A stretch of DNA of 64,000 nt from Felis catus (lineage: Eukaryota), in NCBI RefSeq assembly GCF_018350175.1, contig NC_058383.1, positions 18,850,001-18,914,000 of the forward strand, in the 5' to 3' direction. The notes under the pieces were generated by a model. That model ran no database searches. It saw only the letters and a program-made list of their open reading frames with translations, and was not told the origin of the DNA. Positions 47,290 to 59,489 of the stretch are shown one piece after another. Positions within the stretch are counted from its first letter, which is position 1. Each line of letters begins with the position of its first letter. The position numbers and the translations under genes are program-made.

Positions 47290-49590
47290 ATGTATTGTGG
47301 GTATTCAAACCCCCTTCCCCAAACCCCCAAGCTCTGCAGGGTGAGAAGTCCTGGTCCGCAAAGGGGGGTACACTCTGACCAGGGGATACATCAAGGGTCT
47401 CATTAAAACTTAAGCTACGGCTGCTGCCAGGGTACTTTAGACCCCATGTGTTTGGAACTGACAGGCAAGAAGAACGAGTCACTTCTCTGGCAGTCAAAAT
47501 CGACCCTAATCAATTACTAGAAGTTACTAGAAGAAGGCAGGGCTGCTTTTACAAAGTGGGAGCCGGGAGAAATACATGTGGAACCCAGTGAACCACTGGA
47601 GTGATCCCTTGGTTATGATAACCTAGAGTTTAGACCCTTCAGGACTGAAGGGTTGGGTCACAGCACCCGGTGATCCATCAAGACCAGGGCAGGTGATAGC
47701 TGAGAGTGTGGATAATTAAGAATGGAGAGTGAAGGGGGAAAGGACAGGTACCGGTTACCCGGTTACGGCCCTGAGATCAAGTACAGGAAGGGGGGAGTTC
47801 ACATCACTAACCACCCTCCTCACAGTTTCCATTTAGAAAGAGAGGCATCCACGGAGGAGCTGGGTGGCACGAGGCGGGGGATGTGGCAGTCATGAAAATG
47901 CACCATCCAGACCTCTCACTGCGGGGCTGGTGACTGCCCAGGGCAGCGGCGATGGGGTCTCTCCACAGTTCACAGAGGGGTCTCCACTTTACCTGCCTCT
48001 AGCTGGTCCCAGTCGATGACTGGGTGCCGCCAAGACACCAAAGCATCGAGCTCCTTAGAGACACAGAGCTTCCCTGATGGGCAACTAGGGATCGAGGACT
48101 TCCCACTGGCTCCATCAAAACTTTCTTAGCATTCTCATCCCACCTCCCTTCCTTCGATCCTCATTCCAAGCTTTGGATCTGCTGAGCCCGACGGTTCGCC
48201 CAGCCTCCTCCGGCTCCCTTCTGATTTTAGCGCCCAGGCGTTTTCCCCAGCAGGATGGATCACTTGCACATCTGACCCCGTCTTGGCCCGCTTCTTAGAG
48301 GACTGAACCAACACAACCTATCTGAAGAGAGGAACTAAAATAGCTATGCCTGACGCTGCGGTCCCTTTTCCCTGACACCTGGGGATAATCCAGTCTTGCC
48401 AGCTCAAAGTTTTGCATCCACAGCATTGCGGCCCTTCCAGAGAGGGTCTTGGTGGGTATGATCTGGGTAGCAGAACAGAAAGATAAAACTCAGCTCTGAT
48501 TTCCATAAGAACACAGAAGAGACATCGGGAAACCCCATTTGGGTTTCCTCTGCCTGGGGCCCACACCCTCTTCGATGCTGGGGAGTCCTCATACTCCCGG
48601 GCAATCAGTTTGCTGCTGTTCATGGAAGCTGGTGAGGCCAGTGACCCCAGGACTTCCCTTTGGTCGCCTCTTGTATTCACTGACGAATCACAAATCTCTG
48701 TTGTGGGGATCAGGGAAGGAGCCAAAACAGGGTCCCCGTCCTTTAGAATATATACCCCATGTTTCAAACTATACGAGTTTGGGTAACTCAACCGGCCGTA
48801 CTGAAAGTGATCTGTTAAGATGATATGTCGGCCAGGGGCGCCTGGGTGGCTCAATTCGGTTAAGCGTCCGACTTCAGCTCAGGTCACGATCATGCGGTCC
48901 GTGAGTTGCAGCCCCGAGTCGGGCTCTGTGCTGACAGCTCAGAGCCTGGAGCCTGCTTCGGATTCTGTGTCAATTCCTCTCTCTGCCCCTCCCCTGCTCG
49001 CTCTCTCCCTCTCTCTCTCTCTCCGAAGTATTTATTTAATGGCTAAACATTAAAAAAATAAAAACTAAAAAAGATGATGCGTTGGCCATATTGATAGTCC
49101 CCAAAGCTGGGGAAAAATGATGGCATTTGGGGATCTCCCCAGAGTGGTCTATGTTCTATGATGCTCCTAATCGCTCACGTTCTCAGTTATAACAAAGAGA
49201 AAGCTTCCTGGCTTGTTGGTCCGCATTATGACGGTACGGGAAGAACCCTCTGCCCTGATGGCCACCTGCACAGGATACTGCTGCTGGTGCCCAACTCGTC
49301 AGCATGATCAGAGATCCTGGTGGCACTGGTGACCGAGTAGTTCGGAGGGCTGATCAGGTTTAAGAAGCTGAAGATGATGACGTCTTGAGCAGAGGTTACG
49401 GAAGGCGTTCAGCGCCAGGAACAGGAGCCCCCAGGGCCCCTGGGAGACACAGGTCAAGCTATGGCCAATAATGAAAAACCAACAGGTCCACCAGAACCCA
49501 AGAGGGATCAGAAGGAAGACAGCGGGGCAGCCCGGGACGTACAGTGGCTGCAGGTGATGGATCTTTGAATCTCTCGTTACCTTTTTTGGA
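47290..49590. mobile_element. ERVL-class remnants: internal fragments around an LTR16-like LTR (~47880-48315), with a CAN-SINE at 48835-49071
   Basis: 47400-47620 resembles the degenerate ERVL dUTPase region (gagtcacttctctggcag...gaccctaatca...gggctgctttta). The LTR ends cacatctgaccccgtcttggcccgcttcttagaggactgaaccaacaca. Confidence 0.55.
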
Positions 49591-49599
49591 GGATATATT

Positions 49600-50310
49600 C
49601 TTTTTTTTTTTTTTTAATTTTTTTTTCAACGTTTATTTATTTTTGGGACAGAGAGAGACAGAGCATGAACGGGGGAGGGGCAGAGAGAGAGGGAGACACA
49701 GAATCGGAAACAGGCTCCAGGCTCCGAGCCATCCGCCCAGAGCCCGACGCGGGGCTCGAACTCACGGACCGCGAGATTGTGACCTGGCTGAAGTCGGACG
49801 CTTAACCGACTGCGCCACCCAGGCGCCCCTCTTTTTTTTTAAATTAAAAATATCTGACACAGGGGGCGCCTCGGTGACTCAGTTGGTTGGGCGTCTGACT
49901 CTCGGTTTCGGCCCAGGGTCGTGAGTTCGAGGCCCGCATGAGGCTCTGGGCCGACAGCGCGGGCCTGCCTGGGATTCTCTCCCTCTCTGCCCCTCCCCCT
50001 CCCTCTCTCTGTCAAAATAAATATATAAACACTAATTTAATGTTTATTTAAAGCCAGATCCAGGAATGATCTAAAATGACCCCACCTCTAGGGGCGCCTG
50101 GGTGGCTCAGTCGGTTGAGCTTCCGACTTCGGCTCGGGTCATGATCTCACAGTCTGTGAGTTCGAGCCCCGCGTCGGGCTCTGTGCTGACAGCTCGGAGC
50201 CTGGAGTCTGTTTCGGATTCTGTGTCTCCCTCTCTCTCTGCCCCTTGCCTGCTCACACTCTGTCTCTATCTCCCAAAAATAAATAAACATTAAAAGAGTT
50301 AAAACAAAAA
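49600..50310. mobile_element. Cluster of three CAN-SINEs: 49600-49829 (-, young), 49862-50030 (+), 50091-50310 (+)
   Basis: SINEC consensus; the last copy has TSD aaaatgaccccacctct. Confidence 0.9.
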
Positions 50311-51249
50311 ATGACCCCACCTCTCCATCTCTGAGAAACACAGGACTGGGTAGTAACTTTGGCTCTCGGGCCCCCTGCCCCTCACACTGTGGCACTCCTT
50401 AGGCCTGGACGTGGCCGTGAATGTGGATGTGGAGTGCGGATCTGATACGTCCTCCCGTCCCCCCGCCCGTGTCCCGCCTCGAAACAGAAGCGGAGCTACT
50501 CAGAACCGCTTCAGTCCCAGCTCCTTCGTCGGGGATGGGTCACCAAAGCCATCCCCGGGAACGCAGGCCTTTGGAAGGAAACACGTGCTGTCTGGTGCAC
50601 GTCCCCCGGGGTCTGGATTTAATGATGCCCTAGTTTGGGTTTCCCAGAAACGGACCCTGAGACAGGGATTTGAGAGGAAATCGTTTATTTGGTAGGTGAT
50701 CTCAGGTAGGGGAGTGGAGAAGGGAGCCAGGAAGGCAAGTGCACACTGCGGGCGACAGGGAGGGAATCCCAAGGGGGAGGGGGCTCTCAGAGACCGTGTA
50801 GGATGTGCGCCTACATGCGTAGACCACGTATGATACTCCGGCCCCCCGTCAGGCGTCCGTGAGAGCGGCTGCGGGGGATGCGAGCGGAGCAGGCCGGATC
50901 AGATAAGCCCCCCAGGAAAAGTAATGGGAATGCTGGGAAGTAGAAGTGGGGGAAGGCCCCAGAAAGACTGAATGGGGAGCCAGCCACGGCCAGCACTTAC
51001 TGCCCCGGGTCCCGGGGCTGGCATGATGCTCATATTGCCAAGTGGAGTAGAACCCTCTTATCCGGCATCCTCTCTCCCCCATCTCTTAGCAACAGAACCT
51101 CAATTTTCCCTTGGGGACCCATTTTCCTCGACATACCCTTCCCTATGCACTAGGGGTTCTCGGGGGGGGGTGCCCACCTGTTCGGCTCTAGGAGGGGGCT
51201 TGCGACCCAGAGCCTACCAGTGTATTCCACCCCCCTGGCCATCCTGATC

Positions 51250-51491
51250 ATTTCTTTTTTTTTTTTCAACGTTTTTTTTTTATTATTATTATTTTTTTTT
51301 ATTTTTGGGACAGAGAGAGACAGAGCATGAACGGGGGAGGGGCAGAGAGAGAGGGAGACACAGAATCGGAAACAGGCTCCAGGCTCCGAGCCATCAGCCC
51401 AGAGCCCGATGCGGGGCTCGAACTCGCGGACCGCGAGATCGTGACCTGGCTGAAGTCGGACGCTTAACCGACTGCGCCACCCAGGCGCCCC
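51250..51491 (-). mobile_element. Young CAN-SINE inside an MLT1-like LTR remnant (~51030-51810)
   Basis: TSD ccatcctgatcatttct; near-identical to the copies at 49600 and 60879. Confidence 0.92.
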
Positions 51492-53522
51492 GATCCATCC
51501 TGATCATTTCTGAGATAGGCCTGTGCCCCAAGCCAGGCCAAGAGGCTAGAACTCTCCTTCCATTGAACTGTAGAGAGAGGGAGAGGTAGGTCTGGGGTTA
51601 GTACCACCGGGGAGGCTCAACCAGAGGACGAGACTAAAACGGCAAACGGCAGAGCCAAGAGCCGAAGAGTCAAAACCCTCATGCCATCGCCTGAGCCCCT
51701 GGATCTAGCCACGCCCGAAGACTCCGGACTGTTCAGGTACGTAACCCACTAAAGTTCCTTTTGCGCTTAAGTCAGTGGGACTTGGGTCCCTGCCACTTAC
51801 AACCCCAAGTTCTTTGCGCTGCGTATAAATGTGGGTTTCTAAAATGTTTACAAACGCAGGGGTAAATGAAAGATTCTGCCATCTGTCCCCATACTCACTA
51901 TTTCCTCAGCATCCAGGTTGTGAAAGGGAATTCTCAGAGGGCGTTCAGCCTCCCCAGGAGTAGGAGGTTCAGATCCTGGGAGTCCAGCTCGGGCTCCCTA
52001 AAGGCAACCGTTCCTAAGGCCACACGAGAAGCCGGGTAGGTTCACAGCTGAGCATGCGGGTGGGCTCCTGGGCTGCCACAGGGGGCCCCTTTCCCTTTAA
52101 GTTGCAGGAACCTCCGGGTTCTTGGCCAAGACATGGATGCAGTCATTCATTCATTCACCCTTGATAATAGGCACGAGGATAAATAGGTGAGTTACGCAGA
52201 CAACCCTGGCCTTCAGGAGCTTTTAGCCTAGTGGGGGAGACACTGTACTCATCACACCAATAAGTGGCAAATTCTAGCTGAGACCAGACTACCAACGAGA
52301 GACAAAGGTCGGGGCTTTCTGGAGGAAGTGACGGCTGCACTGGGATTGCCAGGGGCGAGCAGGGGCTACGGAAGAGCCGTCTCGGCGGCGTTCAGGCCCT
52401 TTCTCCCCACTTCCTGCCCACTTTTGGGTATCGACCCCCACCCCCACCTCGGAGCTTGCTCAGCAACTCAGACACACTCTTCCTTTTTCCCACCTTCCAG
52501 AGCTCGTATCCCTCAACTCCAGGAAGTTCTGCTTTATGTCTAACCTGCATCCTCCCTGCTGCCAGCACAGCCTACTTTCTTTGCTTTGGTCCCAGGGGAC
52601 GTGTGAAGGGCAGCTGAGCGCCTCTCCCCTAATGCTTTTCACTCGCCTCACTTCTCAGGGATGCGTCTCTAGACATTAGGCATCCAGGGTATGTCAGGTA
52701 CTTCCACAAGGCTAGGCCTTCCCCCAGATGGGGAAACCGAGGCACAGGCCATAGGAATGGGATACTTCAATCTCTCCCAGGCCAAGGGCTCTGCCAGGCA
52801 GGTAGCCTCCAGGGAAGGTGCCAGGACTAGTCCTTCCCCGGCACTCCAGAGCCCGCCGGTCCTCGGGACACGGCCCCCTGGCCGTCCCATCCCTTCCTCC
52901 AGCCCCTGGCCCTCGGAGAACCTCTGTTCATCCCTGCCTGCCTATTTTCCAAGCACAGATTTGTGCCAGGCCAAGTCCTAAGCATCTTACACATATGAAC
53001 TCATTCAAAACTCACTGATAACCCTATAGTGTGGCTGCTGTCATTATGTGTCTGAGACACAGGAAGGTGAGGAGCTTGTTGAAGTTCATACCGTACCTGG
53101 GACTCGAACCCCAGGCCGGGCTCCGGAGTCCAGGCCCCAAACCACCCTGCTGGCCAGCTGATCCATCTCAACCAAGCATCCTCACCTCCTCCTCTCCCCA
53201 GATTCCAATCGATCTCGTTTCCTTCTTCCTCCCTGTCTCCCTATCATGATTTCGCGATTCCTGATTTCTATCTATTTCTGCCTGTGGGCTGCCGCCTGGG
53301 AGGGGCCCTGTCCTGGTGTCCTGGGACAACAGGGGGGGTTGGGAGAGGGGTGGGGGTGTGGGGAGGGACACAGGGCAGAGGTCTGGGTGGTAGAAGGGCC
53401 CGGGGGCCACGCCCCAATCTATTTCCAGCTTCGTGGAGGCTCCGACTGAGCCTGAGCCGGGGTCTGGAGGAGGTGGGCAGGGTGGGAGCAGGAAGGGGCT
53501 GGGTGGAGCCAGGCCTGCAAGC

Positions 53523-53591
53523 CCTAATTAAGTCAGTTAATTAGGTGGGGAGGAGAAGCCTGTGGGAGTTAATGAGCTTGGCTAATTAAGT
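53523..53591. promoter_or_regulatory. Homeodomain-site cluster (candidate enhancer)
   Basis: TAATTA at 53525, 53538 and 53583 and TAATGA at 53570, in otherwise GC-rich unique DNA. Confidence 0.5.
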
Positions 53592-55624
53592 GGATCCTGG
53601 AGAATGGCTCAAATTCTGGTGGCTGGGGAGGGATGGGGGCTTAGGCAGGATGGAGGGAGGGGGAGTGGGATGTCTGGTGCCTCCCAGGTGTCACCAGGGT
53701 CTGTCTGCAGCCACCACCGGGGTCTGAGGCCACTACCGAGAACTTCAGTGACCATCGGGGTGTGCAACGCCCCCCCTCCCCCGCCCCCGCCACCAGGGAC
53801 TGGTCTAAAGTTACCATCAAGGCCCAATGCCCTCACCAAGGCCATATATGCTATTGACATCTGGGCCTGAGGTCATTATCGAGGCCTGGTCCTGCGTCAC
53901 CCGTCCCTTGGGGGTTCAAGCTAGGTTCCCTTTGGGCAGTTTGGGGGATGGGGACAGAAATTGAGCCCTGACCCAGGAACCCTTCAGGGCAACCAACACA
54001 ATCCCTGTGGTGGGTGGGGAGCCATGACTGCCACGCCCACATGCCAAGTTTAAGTCTGCAAAGCATTCCCGCTGTCACTGCCAGCAGGGAGAGCTGCAGG
54101 GCTCTTGTCCCAGCTCACAGATGCGGCAACTGAGGCCAGGGAGGAAGGAGCTTGCCCTGGCTCCTCCTCAGCCTCCTGCTCACGGTGCAGACCCGGGAGG
54201 CAGGGCCGTGGAGGAGGGGGTGGGGAGGAGGGGAGGAAGAGGACAAGGGAATGTTCTCTTCCAGGCCTGGAGCCAGTCACCTGCTAGGCCACCAGCTGTT
54301 CCGGGAGCTTGGAGGCCTTCTCTTGCTTGAGCCCTGTTTCTCTCTGATTGTGGGGTCCTGAAACGCCACCACCAGGGATCCTGGGGCAGTGAGGTGTACC
54401 TGATACCGGGGCCGGCTACAGAATGTGGGCCTCCTGTTCAGGAAGCAGAAAGAAAGCTTTTGCCCTCTACCCAGCTCGCGCGCGCGAGCTCTCTCTCTCT
54501 CTCTCTCAGCCTGTCATGGTGGTTTTTTATTTGCTATTTAAGGCCATGCTCCCTTGGGCGTGGGGATATGCGGGGGCCAGTGCAGACCCTCACAGGGGCC
54601 CAGGGCCGCCCCGCTGCACATTTGGTGTGGAACCTGCCTGCACCCAGGCCCCTGCCCTACAAAGACCAGCCCTGGTGACTGGGTGGGGGCAAGGAGTGGG
54701 GAGCTGGGAGCCCCCCCCCCGCCCAGGGGGGTGTGGGAGGGTGGGATTGCTTGTGGCGCAGGCTCCGTCCTCCCAACAGACCCCACTTACAAATTCAAAG
54801 ATGAAATTATGAAGAATTGCCCGATGCCACCTACAGAGCAGCAAACCCCAAGTTCGGGGCCCCGCGTGACGGCACTGGTCACGCCCGGCCAGACACACAC
54901 AACCTGACGGTCCTCGTGGCCACTCTGCACGCTGGGTGAACTGCCCCCAGTTCACCTACTTGCTCATTCATTCATTCATTCATCAAATATTTATTGAGTG
55001 CCTCCTCCATGCAAAGAACAAAACAGAAAAGATCTCTGCCCTCATTCATGCTAGTGAGGGGGAGAAGGCAACAAATGGGGTAACTGAGTAAATAATTATG
55101 CTTCAAGGGATTCGGGTGAGGGAAGAAACAGAGCAGAGAGGGCAAGTCCTCGCAGAGGAGGTTACCTTTGAGCAGAAACTTGAAGGGGAGGGAAGGAGCC
55201 ATACCGATACGAGGGGTCCAGTAGGCCAGCCACGGGCAACAGCCAGCGTAAAGGCCCTGGGGCCAGAGTGTGCATGGTGGTGGTGGTGGGGGGGGGGTCA
55301 GGAACAATGAGGAGGCTGGTAAAGCATGAGAGGAGATGAGAGGTCATGGGGACAGTTCACTCAGGGCCACCATAATAAGCCTTTGGCTTTGACTCTGAGT
55401 GAGGTGGGAGTTTATTGGAGGGTTTTGAGCAGAGGAGGGATGAGCTTTCGGCGTTAACGGGCTCCCTCTGGCTGCTATGGGACAGATAGCCCTGGGGGGG
55501 GGGGCAGGAGAAATGAGGAGGCTCCTCACCCAGTTGGGTGAGAGAAGACGGCAACTTGGAACAGGGCTGCAGGAGGAAAGGCGGTGAGAAGTGGACCTCT
55601 GCTGACAGACTGGACGAGGGGGGT

Positions 55625-55626
<2 letters not shown>

Positions 55627-55659
<33 letters not shown>
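55627..55659 (+). repeat. (TG)n microsatellite (others at ~3835-3868, 6474-6492, 21010-21045, 31120-31146; (GA)n at 21419-21444)
   Basis: Read directly from the sequence. Confidence 0.9.
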
Positions 55660-55662
<3 letters not shown>

Positions 55663-56057
55663 TACAGTTTACCCTGGGTACCCGGACCATGAATTTCCAC
55701 GAACAGGTGAGGACACTAAGCAGCTCTCTGGTCCCCAGGATTCTGTGCCCTTGAGAGTCGGCTGTCATTTTGGGCCCCCCCCCCATACCTCTACATTTCT
55801 GCCTGCCTCGGGCCAGCTGCTGCAACGTGGAAAAGTTTACATGAACCCTATGGATGGGGGACATGGCCTGGGCAGGGACAGCGGTAAACCCGAGAGCCCT
55901 GGTTCGTCTGAACAGTGACCCTGTGACCCTGCGACCCACTGTTGCCACATGGGAATGTGCACTCAGGCTCTCAGAGCTTGCAATTTTTCAAGAGACGTTG
56001 GAAATCTAGATCTTAGGACGCAATGCCCTGATTTTTTTAAATATTGGCAAGTCAATT

Positions 56058-56503
56058 CTTTTAATATTTACTTATTTATTTGGCGGGGGGAGGGGTAGAG
56101 AGAGAGGGAGAGAGAGAATCCCAAGCAGGCTCCATACTCAGTGCAGAGCCGGATGCCGGGCTTGATCCCACAAGGGTGAGATCATGACCTGAGCTGAAAT
56201 CAAGAGTCAGACGCTTAACTGACTGAGCCACCCAGGCACCAGGCACTGACGCACCCAGGCACTTACCCAGGCAAGTACATTTTTTTCTTAATTAAAAAAA
56301 ATTTTTTTAAATATGTATTTATTTTAGAGAGACAGAGCATGAGCAGGGGAAGGGCAGAGAGAGAGGGAGACACAGAATCCAAGCAGGCTCCAGGCTCCGA
56401 GCTGTCAGCACAGAGACTGATGTGGGGCTCGAACCCACGAACCACGAGATCATGACCTGAGCCGAAGTCGGACGCTTAACCGACTGAGCCACCCAGGCGC
56501 CCC
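56058..56503 (-). mobile_element. Two tandem CAN-SINEs (56058-56240; 56280-56503)
   Basis: Two SINEC bodies in the same orientation. Confidence 0.88.
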
Positions 56504-57066
56504 AGGTAAAATTTTGATGTCAGGGCAGGCTATACCCCTGTGTGGGACCAAAGATAGGACAGGGGCTGCTTCCGTAGGCCCTCTTCCCATAGCAACATCT
56601 GCCTCTGGGGTGTCTGCAGACCTGGAAACCCAGATCCCCCTGGGGCGTGGCTTGATAGGTCAGCTCTTGGCAGGTCTAGGCAGGAGCCGGGGTGAGGGGC
56701 TGTTAGGAGAACAGTTGGCAAGGAGCGACCCCTGTGAGCCCTTTGGGTGCCAGGCAGTGGCATAGCTCGAGGGATGATATGGTTTCCAGGCAAGGGTTGC
56801 CGCTGGTCCTCTGGGCACCCCAGAGCAGGGAAGAAGGTACAGTGGCCAGAAGGGTGAGACCGTGGCCAAGAATGAGCCATAGGGTGAGATTTGCTCCAAG
56901 ACAAGAGAACCAACATGAAGGGAAGGCGCCTGGACTTCTCCTTGTCCCTGCCCTAGAGACCACCCTCTACCCCAGCCTCTGCTGTCCCCAGACTCCCCCC
57001 CCAAAAGCCCACCTCCATTTCTCCATTTCCCTGGACCTGGGCTGGGTTGAGGGGCTGCGGGAGAAG

Positions 57067-57099
<33 letters not shown>

Positions 57100-57476
57100 T
57101 AGCAAAACTTCCTCCGCCATCACGTCGGGTCAGCATCCCCGTGTGGCCCTGTGCTTCCCAGGTGTGACCTCATTCATCCTGCCAACGTCGGAACGACGGC
57201 TGTGCCCATTTTAGTGCTGACGAAAATGGGTCACAGAACAGCTGGGTAACCTGGCCAAGGTCGCAGGGCCTTGGGAGTAGTGGGAACTGCAGTTAAGCCC
57301 AGGGATGTGTGGCTACAAAATCTAAAATATGAACACAGAAACTGTCAGATAAAAAGAGTCCAGAGCCTCACCGCCGGCCACGGGCTGGGCTAGTCGCTGC
57401 ATGTGTGAGCGCAGCGCACCCTCTAGCGGCTGGTCTGACACGGTGCAGGGAGGACTGGGACTCTCTCAAGCGCGCT

Positions 57477-57486
57477 CGCGCGCGCG

Positions 57487-57541
<55 letters not shown>
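57477..57541 (+). repeat. (CG)9(CA)23 compound microsatellite
   Basis: Read directly from the sequence. Confidence 0.92.
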
Positions 57542-57543
<2 letters not shown>

Positions 57544-58284
57544 GTTTACTCTCTGGTTCTTCAGAGGAAGACCACACCATCTCCATCTTCTGCTCCCCTA
57601 CAACCCAGGACCCGTGGCCTCTACCCAGCTGGTTCACCCAAGGCCCCCTCTCCTTGGTCAAGGGAAGCCTGACCTTGGTCAAGCTGCGCCAACCCCGGGG
57701 CATCTTCTCGCTGCTCCCCTGCTTGTCCCTTTCTCTCTGTCGATGCCTGGGTCTCTTTGTCTCCACCCGTGGTTCTCTCAAACTTGGCGGCACGTTATAA
57801 CCCGCTGGGAAGCTTTCAAAAATCATGATGCACAGGCCACACGGGAGAGGGAATGAATCCGTCTCCTCTCACCATCTTTGATTTCCAGGGACGGGGGGGG
57901 GGGGGGGGGGGGGACGTCGTCTGCTTCCAAGCTTATACCCCAGATCTCACCGCCCCCCGCCCCCCCGGAGATCTCTATTTTGTTCAGTGTTTTCCCCCTT
58001 CCATCCCCTTCACCACTTGTTATGATACCCGGCTGTAGCAGCTCATCAAGCTCATGGAGACCATCACCCCTTTCCGCCACCGCCACCCGTCTCGTCCCGC
58101 TCGGTCTCCGCCCGCCACCACCAGAGCTGCTGCCCGGAACCCCCGCTCCCCTGCCCACCTCCCTCGTGGCAGTACCCGCTTGGCCATCACCGACTCTCTG
58201 CCTGCACCGAGCAAAGCCAACACGGCTCGGAGCGTCCCACACCGGCCTGGCGGCTTCCTTTCTGGTTCATGGTCTTTTTCTAAA

Positions 58285-58475
58285 ATTGTTTTTAAGTTTA
58301 TTTCTTTATTTTGAGAGAGAGGGAGGGAGTGAGAGAGACTCCCAAGCAGGCTCCGCCGCCGCCGCTGTCAGCGCAGAACCCCCTAGGGGGCTCGATCTCA
58401 CCAATCGGGAGAGAGCGTGACCTGCGCGGAAATCCAGAGCCAGACGCTTCACGGACTGAACCACCCAGGCGCCCC
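58285..58475 (-). mobile_element. CAN-SINE
   Basis: SINEC body ending ccacccaggcgcccc. Confidence 0.85.
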
Positions 58476-59489
58476 TCCGGTTCGTGGCCTCGCGGGGGCC
58501 CTCGTGGCTGCCGCGCGACCCCCGCTGGCCTGCCAGCTGCTTTTTCCCCCCTCTCTGAGAAGGGAAACTTCCATTCCCCTGTGAATCTCCTAGGGATCTC
58601 CGCGAAGGCCAGGCCCCTGCGTGTCTAATCCGCCCCCAGGCGGCGCCAGTGCTTCCGGTCTGCGCCCCTCCCTCTGAGCCTCAAGGTCTTGGACGACTCT
58701 CTCCCACCTGCTCCTTTCGCCTCCGACCGCGGCTCCCACTTCACGGAGCAAACAGATGGATCAGACTGCCTCCCGCCGGCAAAGCGCAAACCCACCCAGC
58801 TGCTCACTTCTCGCTTCTTCCCATCGGCTTTGGGTGGGGGAAGCTCTCCTCCTGTGAGGCCAAGCCTCCCTTGGGACCTCGCTGTCTCAGGACTCCGCTC
58901 CCTCCCTGCCCCACCAACCTCCTTCTGGCTCCAGGACTGTTCCCACAGCAGGCGGGCTGGGCATCGCCTCCCTCACCCCACGCCTCCAGCTATTTCTTGG
59001 ACGCCCCCCCCCCCCCCCCATCCCCCTGCACAGTGTAGAAAGCTTCCGGGCAGAGTTGGCTTCTTGTCTCTGCCCTGCCACCTCCGGTTCTCCGCTTTGT
59101 GCTTCGTGTTCTTTCCACTATCCTTTTGTAAATATGGTTCTGATTTGTAGTCAAGTTCAACGGGGCCGGAGCTTAGAATCAAGAAAAGAGCACCACCCCC
59201 ACCCCTATCCCCATTTCCCACGCCCGAAGGGCAAGCCTTTCGACTCGGGGCAATTTTTCCTTCTGTGTTTCCTATAGAGCACCTTCACTTTGCTTCTTGC
59301 CAGGTTTAGGCTTTCGCTGCCGACTTCCTACTTGGGAAGAGCAGGATTTAGCTCCCTTCCGTCCCCCCACCCCAAGATTCCTGTCCCTGCCCTCCTAATA
59401 CAGTCGTATCAGAATATCTCTGGTGTTTACACGTTGTGGAAACATTGTGGACATGGAAACATGTGGCATTGTATGGTTTCTTCCCCCCT

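Noticed and set aside
47290..49590. Possible processed pseudogene or intact retroviral gene
   Set aside because: There is no sustained ORF and no similarity to a cellular protein that I can recognise. It looks like decayed ERVL internal sequence.
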